DNA of 63,621 nt, the filler included, from Olpidium bornovanus S191 (taxonomy: Eukaryota > Fungi > Olpidiomycota): assembly GCA_017911155.1 (NCBI GenBank). It is 30 parts of 30 records of this genome, joined end to end, with 100 filler letters (N's around TTAATTAATTAA, not from the genome) between each part and the next. Parts side by side here need not be neighbours in the genome. Positions count along the whole stretch, not along the records: positions 24,560 to 28,440 come from JAEFCI010003543.1; positions 28,541 to 29,928 come from JAEFCI010000527.1; positions 30,029 to 34,509 come from JAEFCI010005395.1; positions 34,610 to 36,082 come from JAEFCI010000980.1; 26 more parts are not named here. One strand, given 5' to 3'. Positions 24,651 to 35,221 of this stretch are shown here, one piece after another. The first letter of the stretch is position 1. Each line of letters opens with the position of its first letter. The notes below the pieces were generated by a model. It was not told where the DNA came from and did no database searches. It was given only the letters and a program-made list of their open reading frames with translations. Both the position numbers and the translations under genes were made by a program.

Positions 24651-25256
24651 ACCGCGCTTGTCGTTTAGGGCCATTAGCAGCAGGTCTTTCACGATAGGCA
24701 GAAGCGGTATGGCCTCCACGCGCGCGAGTGGAAATCAAGTAGCTCCTCAGCGGGCCATTCGCAATCCGAGACCAAGCAGCACGCCGCAACGAAGGCATCC
24801 CCAAGATGGCCAGTAGACAAGGGCCACTTCGTCCGCGTCTTACCGCCCAGCTGTACTTTGACAGGATCTGCAGGGGACGAAAGATTGGAAAGAGCACAGT
24901 TTCAGTTTTTCGGTTCCGCGGCTGTGGCCTGACGGCTACGTCACAGCAGAGCGGGCGCCGGGTGGCGGCGGTTCGCACCCTGAGCTCTCCAACGTTCCGT
25001 ATTCGGTTCTGCTTGAGGACGTCGATGTCCGTCGCAACTTCCTCCGGCGTCCACGGCGGCGCCTGACGCGATCCTATGAGCTCCAGCAGCTCCTTCACCG
25101 TCTGCCGGGGCACACAGAAGCGGTCAGACTAAAACGTGGCGGGTGGCACTGTTCGGCCTGGTGAAGCAGGCAAAGGAGCGCCGGAAAGGTCACCATCTCG
25201 TCGCGGATGCTTTGGAACGCAGGCGGCGTCGAGGTGGACAGCGCAGCAGCAGCCAT
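24651..25256 (-). CDS. Small uncharacterised protein with a SAM-like helical signature, 4 exons, 3'-partial
   Basis: MAAAALSTSTPPAFQSIRDEM / TVKELLELIGSRQAPPWTPEEVATDIDVLKQNRIRNVGELR / ILSKYSWA / AIPLLPIVKDLLLMALNDKR splices in frame with GT-AG introns. Confidence 0.6.
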
Positions 25257-25958
25257 GCGGCCGCCGGAATCTTTCTCGGGCTCTGGAGGACCGTCGCGCG
25301 CCGAACGGTCTGGGAGGAGTCGGGCGTGGGCGAGGTTGAGGCAAGCGCGGGGCCAGCGGCGCCATGACGCTCTCTCGGCGTTTGCTCCGCGAGAAGGGGG
25401 GGGATCGCCTTCCGCGTGGAAACCAGCCAACCGCACCTGCTGCAAATGGGAGGGAGGCGACATACTGCTCGAACAGCCGCGAGGCAGCAGCCGCGTCTGC
25501 TTTCCTGCCGTGCTTGCCCATGTACGTCGTCGGCGGAGCGGGGGCCGGGGGAAAAGCGGTCTGACGTGGGGGGGGGGAAGGAGTGTTGGATAAAGGGGCA
25601 CCGAGCGCACCAGCCGGCCCTTACGTAACCCTTTGTACAATCCTCAGTCACCGCCATGCAAAACAGGGCCAGAGGAAAAACTAGTAGACAAACGCCCCGA
25701 ACACAGATTGCAGTTCTCGTTTCTTCGCCTTCTTCTTCCGCCCGGCTCAAACAGGTTATGAGCCCAACCTGCGACTCACCGTCCAAAGTGACGAACTGAA
25801 AAGAAGAAGAGAAGGAAAAGAAGAGGCTCCCGCCGTCCATCGGCAACCGCGCGAAAACGTCCGCGCCCTCGCCGCCTCTTCCGCGGCACCCGCTCTCGCC
25901 GTCCGTTGGCGCGCCGCTCGCACCGCTCGCCGTCCGTCGGCAAACGAGAAAAGGAACC

Positions 25959-26591
25959 ATGAGTGCAAACCGCGACCTCTTCCCGGTCCGCAGAACCGGG
26001 AGAGGAGAAGCGAAGGAACGACCGCCCCGGCCGAAACAGCCGTGGTTTGGCCCGGCAGCCATGCCTGGTGAACTCGGGGGCACGCCGGAGGAAGGCAAAG
26101 CACCCTTCTTCACTCCCGAACGCGGAAGGGGAACGTCCCGTGACGCCACTAAGACCGGCGCGCGAAGCCCCTCGAGAGAGTCCGCGTTGTCCAACACGTC
26201 CCGAATGACCGGACTGTCGGAAAAGTCGAGAAGAATAGTGGACTCCATTCTGCTACGACGAGAACAAGCAAAGGAGGAGAAGCGGCGCCGTGAGCGCGAA
26301 AACGCCGTCGTCGAAATGGCCGCCCTACGCGAAAGGCTGGCCTCCCTCCAAAGGGAAAAGGCCGCCATGGAAGACAAACTCCAAGACCTCTAAAACACAT
26401 TTGAGGAGTTGGTCAGCTCAGACCCGCACCCAGACGACGAAAGCCTGCGGGGCGCGGAAAACCACAGCCCTTACGTGGGGCGTGTCGAGCACCATGGGAA
26501 CACCAACTCCAAGCCCTCGGACCTCGTCGTCAGAGCACTACTGGCCTCGGTCCCACAATGTACTGTGGAAGGTCTTTTACGCGTTATGTGA
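25959..26591 (+). pseudogene. Intronless ORF remnant resembling a retrotransposon gag N-terminus (low-complexity region plus coiled coil), interrupted by TAA at 26391
   Basis: The 144-aa ORF continues in the same frame after one stop (NTFEELVSSDP...DLVVRALLASVP). It has no introns in an intron-rich genome and abuts gypsy remnants. No diagnostic gag motif is visible. Confidence 0.4.
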
Positions 26592-26675
26592 GGTACGGGT
26601 AAAGGTACGGGTACAGGAAGGGGGGGGGTGGGGGGTGGAAGCGGGGAGTAGGAGATACGCGTTTGGCTACAGCAC

Positions 26676-28000
26676 ACCCCCCCTACTTTCGGAATTCAGC
26701 CGTGCAAGTATGGTTCAGGGTGATTTCGAAAGTCTAAAAGAACGAAGAGCATCTTGAGCACCAGCTAGGTGTGCAGCGGGTTCCCAAGTATTCTCAGAGT
26801 GTCGAGACTGGCCCACTTGACGAGGTATTGGCGACGGCCGCGATACATGCGTGTCGCAATGATGCGCTCAACTTCGTAAGTCGCAGTGTTGTCGTCGACG
26901 GCTAACGGCTCAGGTCGGGTAACAGCTCGAGCGAGTTGAGTCGCAGTCAGTGGGATGTATGGTCGAAGTATGGACGTGTAAAAAACGTCATGTAATTGAT
27001 GCAATGTCGGTGGAAGCTCCAGGCGAAAGTTGTCATGGTCAAGGACCTCGATGACTCAAAAAGGTCCGATGAACTTGGAGCGATATTTCGGACTCAAGTC
27101 AGATTCTCAAAGCTCGATGCCATCTCGGTCCAGAAGGACGAGGTCGTTCTTAACAATCGTTTGTTGGCGACGCGAACGATTGTAGAATTTTGCTTGCGTG
27201 TCCTGCGCAGCAAAAAGACGTTCTTTCTGGCGCGAGCCAATAGGATTTTATGGCAGTCGGTGAGCTCTTCAACAGCGGGAATGTGGGACGAACTCTGACT
27301 CGGTTGTTCAAGAGCTGTCAGCGAAACTCGTTGTCTGAATGTAAGCTTGAATGGAGAAAAGCTTGTGGTCGTATGCGGAGTCGAGTTGTACGCTAGCTCG
27401 ATCATCGGCAGTTGTTCTAGCCAATCGGTCGGCGTGGTGCCGAGAGTTGTGCGCAAGGCGGTCTTCACGATATTGACACCGCTTTTTGCTAAACCGTTGG
27501 CTTGTTGATGACGAGCAGTAGTCAGGTGCATTTGAATACCAAGATGCTCTGCGAGGGTCGTCCAGAAACGGCTGGTCCACTTGCTATCGCGGTCGACAAT
27601 GATTGACGATGGCAAGCCTTGGTACCGCACAACTTGTTTGACGAATTTGTGTGCAATTATGGAGGCTGTGTCTCTTTTCTTGCACGGAATGAGAGTCAGA
27701 TATTTCCGTAACGATCGATCACAAGAAGGATGGCATTGAACCCATGACTTGTAGATGGTGGGTCAAAGAAGTCCATCACGTAATCTGCGAATTGACGTTC
27801 TGGAACGGGCAGTGGTCGGAGAAATCCGTGTGCACGAGTACGCAGCTTGTGGCGCTGACAAGCATCACAGGAGGCAATCCATGCTTTGACGTCCTTGCCA
27901 CAACCGGGCCAGTAAAAGTCACGCATGACGGCGTCGATCGTGTGTGTGATTCCGAGACGGATGCGGTCGTGTACAGACTGGATGACTTCGTAACGCAATG
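26676..28000 (-). mobile_element. Degenerate Ty3/gypsy chromovirus pol fragment: integrase zinc finger, catalytic core and chromodomain, followed by a polypurine tract
   Basis: HD..RLG...FYWPG...CDACQ; LRPLPVPERQF...MDF; IIVDRDSKWTSRFW...HQQANG...LAYNS...SPF; YEVERII...YLVKW, then frameshifted ENTWEPAAHL. Several frameshifts, and the catalytic Glu reads Lys (GLAKS). PPT GAAAGTAGGGGGGG at 26677-26690 follows the stop. Confidence 0.95.
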
Positions 28001-28070
28001 TAAAGACGGGCGGGAGTTCGCGTTTTATTTGTTTCGGAGGCGGGAAGGGGGGGGAGGAAGGGGGAGAGCG

Positions 28071-28439
28071 GTGTGTGGTTATGTACGGAGGGAGGTCACG
28101 TGATCACATTATGCGTCTACTATAACAGCAACATCTTGTTGTGGGTGGTGTGTCCCGGCGAAGGTTTCTTGTCTTTATTCGAAGAGGGGTGACACCAGGG
28201 TTTTACGTACTTGGGCCCCCCTCGATTGGGGGCCCAAACAATAAGGAGAAGCGGGCAAAGAGCATCGAGATCGAGCGAAGGGCTTCGAGGTCGAGCGAGA
28301 GGTCTCGGGGTCGAACGGGAGCATCGAGAGCGAACGGAAAGCCTTGAGATCGAACGGGAGGCGTCGGGGTCGAACGGTACATCGATAGAAGGCGATGCGT
28401 TGGGCGGAGGAATGAGGGAATAATAGAGTGTCCACTACA
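28071..28439 (+). mobile_element. Candidate LTR (TG...CA) preceded by a polypurine tract
   Basis: Purine tract at about 28041-28070 is followed immediately by TGTG, and the segment ends ACTACA at the contig edge. It contains a hairpin and a 19-20-bp tandem array. No second copy is available to confirm it. Confidence 0.4.
28260..28390. repeat. Degenerate tandem repeat with a period of about 19-20 bp (consensus approximately GAGCATCGAGATCGAACGG), 6-7 units
   Basis: Repeated TCGA-x-x-TCGAACGG units are visible directly. Confidence 0.75.
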
Positions 28440-28568
28440 ANNNNNNNNNNNNNNNNNNNNNNNNNNNNNNNNNNNNNNNNNNNNTTAATTAATTAANNNN
28501 NNNNNNNNNNNNNNNNNNNNNNNNNNNNNNNNNNNNNNNNACATGAGTTCGACGCCTTTGGCCTCACC

Positions 28569-28726
28569 GGCATCGGCCTCTGACGGTGAAACTCCGCTGA
28601 TTTGAGGCTAGCCCCACCTCGGCGCAAAGTAGTTTTGGATTGGCTGCGGCACCGGCCTCTGACAGTGGAACTCCGCTGATTTGAGGCTAGCCCCACCTCG
28701 GCGCAAAGTAGCTTTGGATTGGCTGC
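28569..28726. repeat. 79-bp tandem duplication (2 copies, 75/79 identical)
   Basis: Copies at 28569-28647 and 28648-28726. All four differences are transitions, and each copy contains an inverted CCAAT (ATTGG). Confidence 0.95.
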
Positions 28727-30406
28727 TTCAACGCCACCCCAACCCCCCCTCTCCCCCCCCCCCTCGATGGGGTTAACGTGTCTAATCTATCTATATGCAC
28801 GGCGCCGTCGATCAGCAGTTTTCCCGGTTCTTGTTTTCATTGCCCCCTGCTGACCCGTTTGCCCACTGCATATATATGTACATATATTTGCAACGCTTCG
28901 CAGCGCCCAGGGTTTTCTCGAGCGGACTTTAAGGCGCGGCCGTCTCACTGCGCTCGGCAGCCTGAACAACAGCTTGCTCCGCATTTTGGCGGCCGTCGAC
29001 TGCGCCGAATTGTTCTTGATGTTTTTTTTTTGGTGTGTGTCGGATGTTAAGATAGCCCACGGGCCAACGTGGCAATTCTCGTAACAAATCGCTGTTTATT
29101 GGCTGCTCAGATTCGCCTCTCGGACTTTGATTGGCGTCCGGGACCACGTTTGATCGCGCACGCGGGACGCGTGAATGTGGCATCACGCACCACTTCCCAC
29201 CCTCACTCCCCCCCCCAACCCCCCATCGGCATTGCCACGCGTCCCGCTCGACTGCGGTTCAGAAAAAAAAAAAAAAAAAAAACACACAAATACAACCGCT
29301 CGGGCGGGACCCCGCCGTCAAGCTGCCCGCGTCGAGGCCGCCGGGACGCTTCCGACGGTGTCCGCACGCCACCGCTGTTATACAAGCTTCGGGCGTGCGG
29401 CACGCGTGGAGGCCCGACGGGTAGGGGGCCGGGGCCTGATCGGCGTCGCGCCAAAATATGCCCCGCTTTGGCCCGGCCATTTTGCTGGTCAGGGTGAGGA
29501 AAAAGTGGCGGGGACTCGGGCTGCAGAATTGACCGCGCTGTCGTGCTTTTTGCTGAGCGCTTTGTCGGTCGGTGCTGTTTGACAGAGTTTTGGCGTGGAG
29601 GAAGAGGAGCTCCGCAGAGTCTGCGCGTCCGTTTATGGCCGTTGAACTAGGTGACGCGGCCCCCTCCCTTACCTTCCCCCCCCTCCTTCCCCACACCCCT
29701 CTTTTTTTTCATCGTTTCGCGTGCGAGAAACGCGTGACTGCAACCGCAAACCCGCGCCGTTTGAGGGGAATTTGCGGGGTTCATCTTGTCCGGATGGAGA
29801 AAAGCTTGCCCATGAATGACTCCGGGAGGCGACAGGCGAGCGCGGCTCGGCCAAACTTCGATTTCCGCCGTGTCTCAGCTAACAAGCGCACTACTTCCCC
29901 GCTCAGCACGGCTCGCATCTGCAAACTCNNNNNNNNNNNNNNNNNNNNNNNNNNNNNNNNNNNNNNNNNNNNTTAATTAATTAANNNNNNNNNNNNNNNN
30001 NNNNNNNNNNNNNNNNNNNNNNNNNNNNCCCCCCCCCCTCTCGCACCCGCTTTATTTTTGAGCTTTTTTTTGATTTTTTTTTTTTTTTTTTTTTGGTTTT
30101 TCCTCTTTTTTGTCCTCTTCTCTTCTCTCTTCTCTCGCGCGCGCGACGTTTCGGTTTTCGCCTCTCCCGTCCGTCCGCTTTTTTTTTGTTTCTTTTTGGG
30201 TTTTTGTTATTTCCTTTTTCGTTTGTTTTCTTTTCATTTTTGGTTTTTGTGGTTTTCCGTTATTTGTTTTTTCTTTTTTTTGTTTTTTTTTTTTCTTCCT
30301 TGACCCCGCTTACCTCCAGTAAACCCCGCTTAACCTGACCGCAAAAATTTGGGCGACGGCGCTTTATTTTTTTCCCACATTTGGGAAACGTCCGCGTCGC
30401 AAACAG

Positions 30407-32788
30407 AGTGACGGTCGTGAGGACTTCTACAAACCAGATCGAACTCGGATCGGTGCCTTTCGCCAGCGGCGATCGAAGGTATCCGCATCTGCCCCGACTG
30501 ACCACCCCCCCCCCCCTTCACGCCCCGCCTTAACCCGGTCTGAGCGACCCGTTTCGCCCTTTTTGCGCAGTTTGATCACAGGCGCGAACACGCAGCTGGC
30601 TGCCGCCGCCCGTGGTTCCAACTTGCCCGAGACTCGGCTGTACCTCTTCAAGAAGTACGCGCGGGAGTTTTCCGGGGCGGATCTCGTGCTGCTTTTTACC
30701 GAGTACACGTACGCCGACGAAGCGTACGAGGAGGTCGGCAAGGCCGGCGCGCCGGCGGGGGCGCCCGAGGCCCCCCGTCCTCCCGAAGTCGACGTGGCCG
30801 TCGTTGAGGTTGACGGCGAGTTCGCGATCCCCGCCGGGGCTTCTCTCGAAGGGATTTCCGGCTACTACCGCGTTTCCGTCGTCGCCAGGGCCGGCAGGAT
30901 CGCGCTCCCCCCGTCCGCGTGCTCGACCATCCTGACGGTGCTCTCCCAGACCCCCCACACCGCCAAGCTGCTGGACACCGGGACGCGCCGCCGGGAAAGC
31001 AAGATCAAGAGCGGGACCAAGAGCAGCAGCCGGGTCAGCTCCCAGCTCCAGCGCCTGCTCGAGGAACTGGCCGCCGCGCCGGCGGCCGTGCCTAGGCCCG
31101 CCGTCGACGATTTCCGCGGTCCCGCCCCCAAAATCGGCGAGTTCGCCGAGCCGACCGGCACGAACGAGGACGAAGACGACGACGACGACATGACGGAGGA
31201 CGACGAACCGATGCATTGCGGCGGCGGCCTGGCGATACCCGTCGCCGCCTCCCTTCCGTCTCCTCCTCCGCGGCCGATCGCCCCGGCTCGCGTGGTTGCG
31301 GCTCTGGCGAGGAAACGCGAGCTGATGCGCGCCGACGAGAAGGAGCGCGAGCGGCGCATCGTGGAAGACTTCGCCGCGGCGGCGCAGCACTTCCGCGCTA
31401 AGCAGCTTTCCATTCTGCGCGAACACGAGAGGACGGCGGTCGCGCAAGCAGCAGAAGCTCCGGCTGGAGGCCGCCGGGCCGAAGTGGACCCGAAAGGCGA
31501 GCGCCGGTTTCCTCAGCCGGCCCTCCCCGCGACCGGGGCGGAGACCGGAGGCAAAAAATTCGCGAGAAAGAAACGGGAGCGTCGCGCGAAACACTGCCCG
31601 GCGAAATCCCGGGATCTCGCAGAGAAGAACGCCTCCCGCGCGCGGCGCGTCGAACCGGCCGAGTGCGCCGCTCCGGGCGCGGACCGCGCGGCCAACGTTC
31701 CCTCTGCCGCGCCGCCAGACCTGCCGGCCTGCTTCGGCCCCCGTGCTGAACCGCCGTTTGTCCCGTCAACGGACCTACCCGAGCAGGCCTCCAACTCCGC
31801 GTTTCCGCCTCTGGGCCGCTTGTCGGCGGTCTTCCTCCCCAATCCTTCAATCCAATCCACCACCCAACCCGAGCCCGGATCGCGCGAATACGTGCTTTTC
31901 TCGAGAGCGGACTACATCGCTCGCCACGCGGTTTCCGCGCCGGTCTCCTCCGGGACGACGCCGATGTGTTCTCCGCCGCCGCCGCTGACGTCCGCGCCTT
32001 ACGCTGGGGGCCTCTGGCCTCCGGCGTCGCCGGCCGCGACGGCCGCGTACCCTGCCGCGCCTCTGCCCGTTTCCGCCCCGTTCGCCTTCCAGCCTTTGCA
32101 GCTGTGCGAGGAGCGCGCCCGAACGGCCGGCGGGATGCCCCCGCTTCTCCCGCCTTTCGCGCGCCCCGCGTGGTACGCGGCGGACGGCGCGGCGGACGCT
32201 CCGACGAAGCCGCCGCCGTACGCCGCCGCGTTCTCCGGGATGTCCGCCCAGCCCGTACCGCCGCCGCAGCAACCACCGGGTTCGGCGTCGCTCGACCCCC
32301 CGGGCGGGATGGCCTGCGGCAAAAGCGTTCCCAGGTTCTTGGACGGCTACGGAAGCATGAGCTTCAAGTTAGCCTTCGGCGGGTGCCCGAACGAGCCCGC
32401 CGGCGACGCGTCGCTCGCGGGCCGCGCCGCCCAGAGGCCTCTCGGCGCTGGTCGTTGCGAGGCCCAGTTCGGAGAAGCCGCCGGATGCGGGGAATCCATG
32501 GCTCTTTGGGTGGGCCACGCACGCCCCGTCGACGGCTTAGGCTCATTTTCGGCGGCCATCTTTCGTTTTTTTATTTTTACTTTTTTTTTCTTTTTTGGGT
32601 TTCATCGGTTTAGTAACGCTTTATACCCCAACCTCGCAGTTACCGCTCACGGCATCTCAGCAGCAGCGATGGCCGTGAACGCCATGCTGGCCTCGAAGGA
32701 ACGTTCGACCGATATCGCCTCGACGCCCAAAACAGGCGAACGGGGCATCTTGGCCAGGAGCCAACACCTCGTAGGCGTCCACAAATAG
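30407..32788 (+). CDS. Hypothetical protein: small globular N-terminal region, acidic linker, coiled coil, long Pro/Ala-rich tail; 5'-partial
   Basis: Exon 30407-30478 splices in phase to a long open frame starting at 30571 with strong GC3 bias. No family recognised, and a short intron near 32510-32640 is possible. Confidence 0.7.
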   Translation, partial: SDGREDFYKPDRTRIGAFRQRRSKVSASAPTDHPPPPSRPALTRSERPVSPFLRSLITGANTQLAAAARGSNLPETRLYLFKKYAREFSGADLVLLFTEYTYADEAYEEVGKAGAPAGAPEAPRPPEVDVAVVEVDGEFAIPAGASLEGISGYYRVSVVARAGRIALPPSACSTILTVLSQTPHTAKLLDTGTRRRESKIKSGTKSSSRVSSQLQRLLEELAAAPAAVPRPAVDDFRGPAPKIGEFAEPTGTNEDEDDDDDMTEDDEPMHCGGGLAIPVAASLPSPPPRPIAPARVVAALARKRELMRADEKERERRIVEDFAAAAQHFRAKQLSILREHERTAVAQAAEAPAGGRRAEVDPKGERRFPQPALPATGAETGGKKFARKKRERRAKHCPAKSRDLAEKNASRARRVEPAECAAPGADRAANVPSAAPPDLPACFGPRAEPPFVPSTDLPEQASNSAFPPLGRLSAVFLPNPSIQSTTQPEPGSREYVLFSRADYIARHAVSAPVSSGTTPMCSPPPPLTSAPYAGGLWPPASPAATAAYPAAPLPVSAPFAFQPLQLCEERARTAGGMPPLLPPFARPAWYAADGAADAPTKPPPYAAAFSGMSAQPVPPPQQPPGSASLDPPGGMACGKSVPRFLDGYGSMSFKLAFGGCPNEPAGDASLAGRAAQRPLGAGRCEAQFGEAAGCGESMALWVGHARPVDGLGSFSAAIFRFFIFTFFFFFGFHRFSNALYPNLAVTAHGISAAAMAVNAMLASKERSTDIASTPKTGERGILARSQHLVGVHK

Positions 32789-32827
32789 CAGACAGGCATT
32801 CAACAATAGCAGAACCCGCACGCCGGC

Positions 32828-33560
32828 TCACCGTCGTGCCTCCGCGCGGCGCCGGAAGCCCACCCACGCTCTGTCCGCTGGCCGGCGCCTGGTTACTGGG
32901 GGTCCCAGTTGTGCACAGCTGTTGTCGGTGACTCCGTTATTTTGGTCGTTCGGGAGCCGGACTCCGGAGTCAAGGCCAAACGGACCCGTCGCTTGATACC
33001 GCCCCGGTGTTCTCCACCGGTGCGAAGGCGAATCCGACGGAATTTTTTTCGTCCCGGGAAGCGACGGCGGACGTTCCCCGGGCGACGACGACCGGCGGTC
33101 GCGGGGCGACGCGCCGCTGCGACGGGGTGGGGCCCGAGCCCCGCGGCGAGTCGTTCGCGCGGCGGGGAGCGGCGCCCGGCGGTCTCCTTCCCGCGGCGCC
33201 GGTCGGAGGTCCTCCTCGGGATTCTGCCGGCGCCCCGTCTCCCGGCACTCCCTTTCCCGCGTCGCCCGGCCCGGGCAAACACCGCCTCCGCTCCGGGGAC
33301 GTGGTGGGTCCTCGTCGCGGGGCGGCTCGTGCGCCGCCCGCCCGCCGCCGTCCTCGCCTCGAAGCCGGGCGTCTTCGGCGCGATCGCGGTCCCCGCCGCC
33401 CACCGCGCGACTGCAGGGCCGCGGCGGACCTGTGTGCGCGACGTCCTCGTCGACGGCAGCGGCGGGGAAGGGGTGTCCGCCGCCGCCGCCGCCGCGGCCG
33501 GGCGGCACGCGGACGGGCCGCGCCCCTCGTCCCCCATCGGTTCGGCCGTAGGTTTGGTAG
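32828..33560 (-). CDS. Possible low-complexity Arg/Gly/Asp-rich exon of a hypothetical gene
   Basis: Long open frame after a plausible acceptor (TTGACAAG). Very high GC makes several frames open, so the frame is uncertain. Confidence 0.3.
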
Positions 33561-34609
33561 CCCTTGTCAAGTGAGAGCCGGCCGAAGTGGGGGAAGCGGG
33601 AAGAAAGACAAAAAAAGAAGAAGAAAAAAAAAACGAAATTCGCCCTCGCAGTTCGGCCCAACACGCATTCCCCACCCCACTTTCCCCCCGCCCCCGCCCG
33701 CCCTCTTCGCGCGCGAGTTTTTCCCTTCCGTCGTTCGCAAATCTCTGGAGGAGATTTTGATTTTTTTTTTTGTTCTATGTTTTGTTTTTGGTTTTGTTTT
33801 TGGTCTTGTTTTTTGTTTTGTTTTTTGCTTTGTTATTTTTTTAACTCCTCGACTTTCGTCAATCGCAACGCACACGCAAAACACACACCTTCCCCCCCCC
33901 TTACACATCCTCCCATCCGCCATTTTTCCCTTTTTCTTTTTTTCTCAAACCGCGCCAACCAGAAATTTGGAACGCGCTTTTTCCGGCCCGTGTACCGCGA
34001 CCCGGGCACGGCCCCCGAAAGGCGCGCGAACAGGCAGGCCCCCCCCCCCCCCCCTTCCCCCCATACGCCCTCTTTATTGTCAATTTTTTTTCCCGTCCTT
34101 TTTTCTTTTTTTGTCTCGTTCGTCTCTTTTTTTTTTTTTGGTCGTCCCCCTCGTTCTCGTCTTTTTTTATTTTTGTCCCCTTTTTTTTCTGTTTCGCAAA
34201 ACCACGTAGCATTTAGCATCATCAAGGGCGCAGCTCGGAGCTCAGCGATCTGCGTGTGTAGTTCCAGTCGGCAGCGGTAATGTATTTAGAGAGAGTAAGA
34301 GAGAGGGAGAGAGAGTTGGGTGAAAGGGAAAGGGAGAGGGAAAGGGGCCGCGTGCGGCGTGTGCGCAACAATAATCACACCTTCGTTTTCATGGGCGCGG
34401 CCGTGACGCCGCCGGGAAGAAGGTGTCGGGGTGCCGGGAGTAGGGGACGTGGGCAAAGTGTGCCAATCTCACGCGCGTTTGTCCTGAACGAAACAGGAAC
34501 TTATGTTGCNNNNNNNNNNNNNNNNNNNNNNNNNNNNNNNNNNNNNNNNNNNNTTAATTAATTAANNNNNNNNNNNNNNNNNNNNNNNNNNNNNNNNNNN
34601 NNNNNNNNN

Positions 34610-34795
34610 AATTGCATCATTCGCCTTACAGCAACTTGCAGACGCAGGCAAGAGCTTTTGAAAGCTCTCATTTCTGGCACGTTGGTTGAACATCGTCTAG
34701 TAATTGCATCATTCGTCCTACATCAACATGCAAAAAGATAGCAAACGCCCTTTGACAGTCTTCATTTCTGACACATTGGTTGAGCAACTCGAAGG
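34610..34795. repeat. Diverged tandem duplication of about 92 bp
   Basis: Both units begin AATTGCATCATTCG (34610, 34702) and share TCATTTCTG(G/A)CAC(G/A)TTGGTTGA. Roughly 70% identity by eye. Confidence 0.8.
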
Positions 34796-35086
34796 GCCTG
34801 AGCCCGCTAAGCTCGGCGCATTACAATTACGGCCTGGCAGGGCAGCTGCGTTGGCCGTTGCGTATTTATCGCGCAAGGTGGCAACGAGCTGACGACCTCC
34901 TCGGGTGCAACGGCAAACCTCAGCAATATTCAGAGCTCATTTTCCAGCTAATGGTTCTGGGTAAGATTCCTGCATCAATAGAGCTTTTGTGGCCCAGGTG
35001 CTTGCCTCAATCCGCTTTGATAAAACTGCAGCTCGTAGTTCCTCCGAGGTTTTCCGAAGATGTCTGAATCGGCTTTTTTAATCCCT

Positions 35087-35221
35087 TGCCTTCGGGAATC
35101 TGCCTTCGGGAATCTGCCTTCGGGAATCTGCCTTCGGGAATCTGCCTTCCATATCCAACCACCGAATCTGCCTTCCAGGACCTGCTTTTGGAATCTGCCT
35201 TCTGAAACTGCCGTCCGAATT
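35087..35221. repeat. 14-bp minisatellite TGCCTTCGGGAATC x4.5 plus three spaced degenerate copies
   Basis: Exact units at 35087, 35101, 35115 and 35129. GAATCTGCCTTC recurs at about 35164 and 35191, with a degenerate copy at about 35204. Confidence 0.95.

Noticed and set aside
26717-28000. RIP-like hypermutation of the gypsy fragment (E to K, H to Y changes)
   Set aside because: Only a few inferable transitions, in mixed dinucleotide contexts. CpG and CpA are not visibly depleted, and no family consensus is available.
28260-28390. CRISPR-like reading of the 19-20-bp array or the 14-bp array at 35087
   Set aside because: There are no unique spacers of constant length and no cas genes, and the context is eukaryotic.
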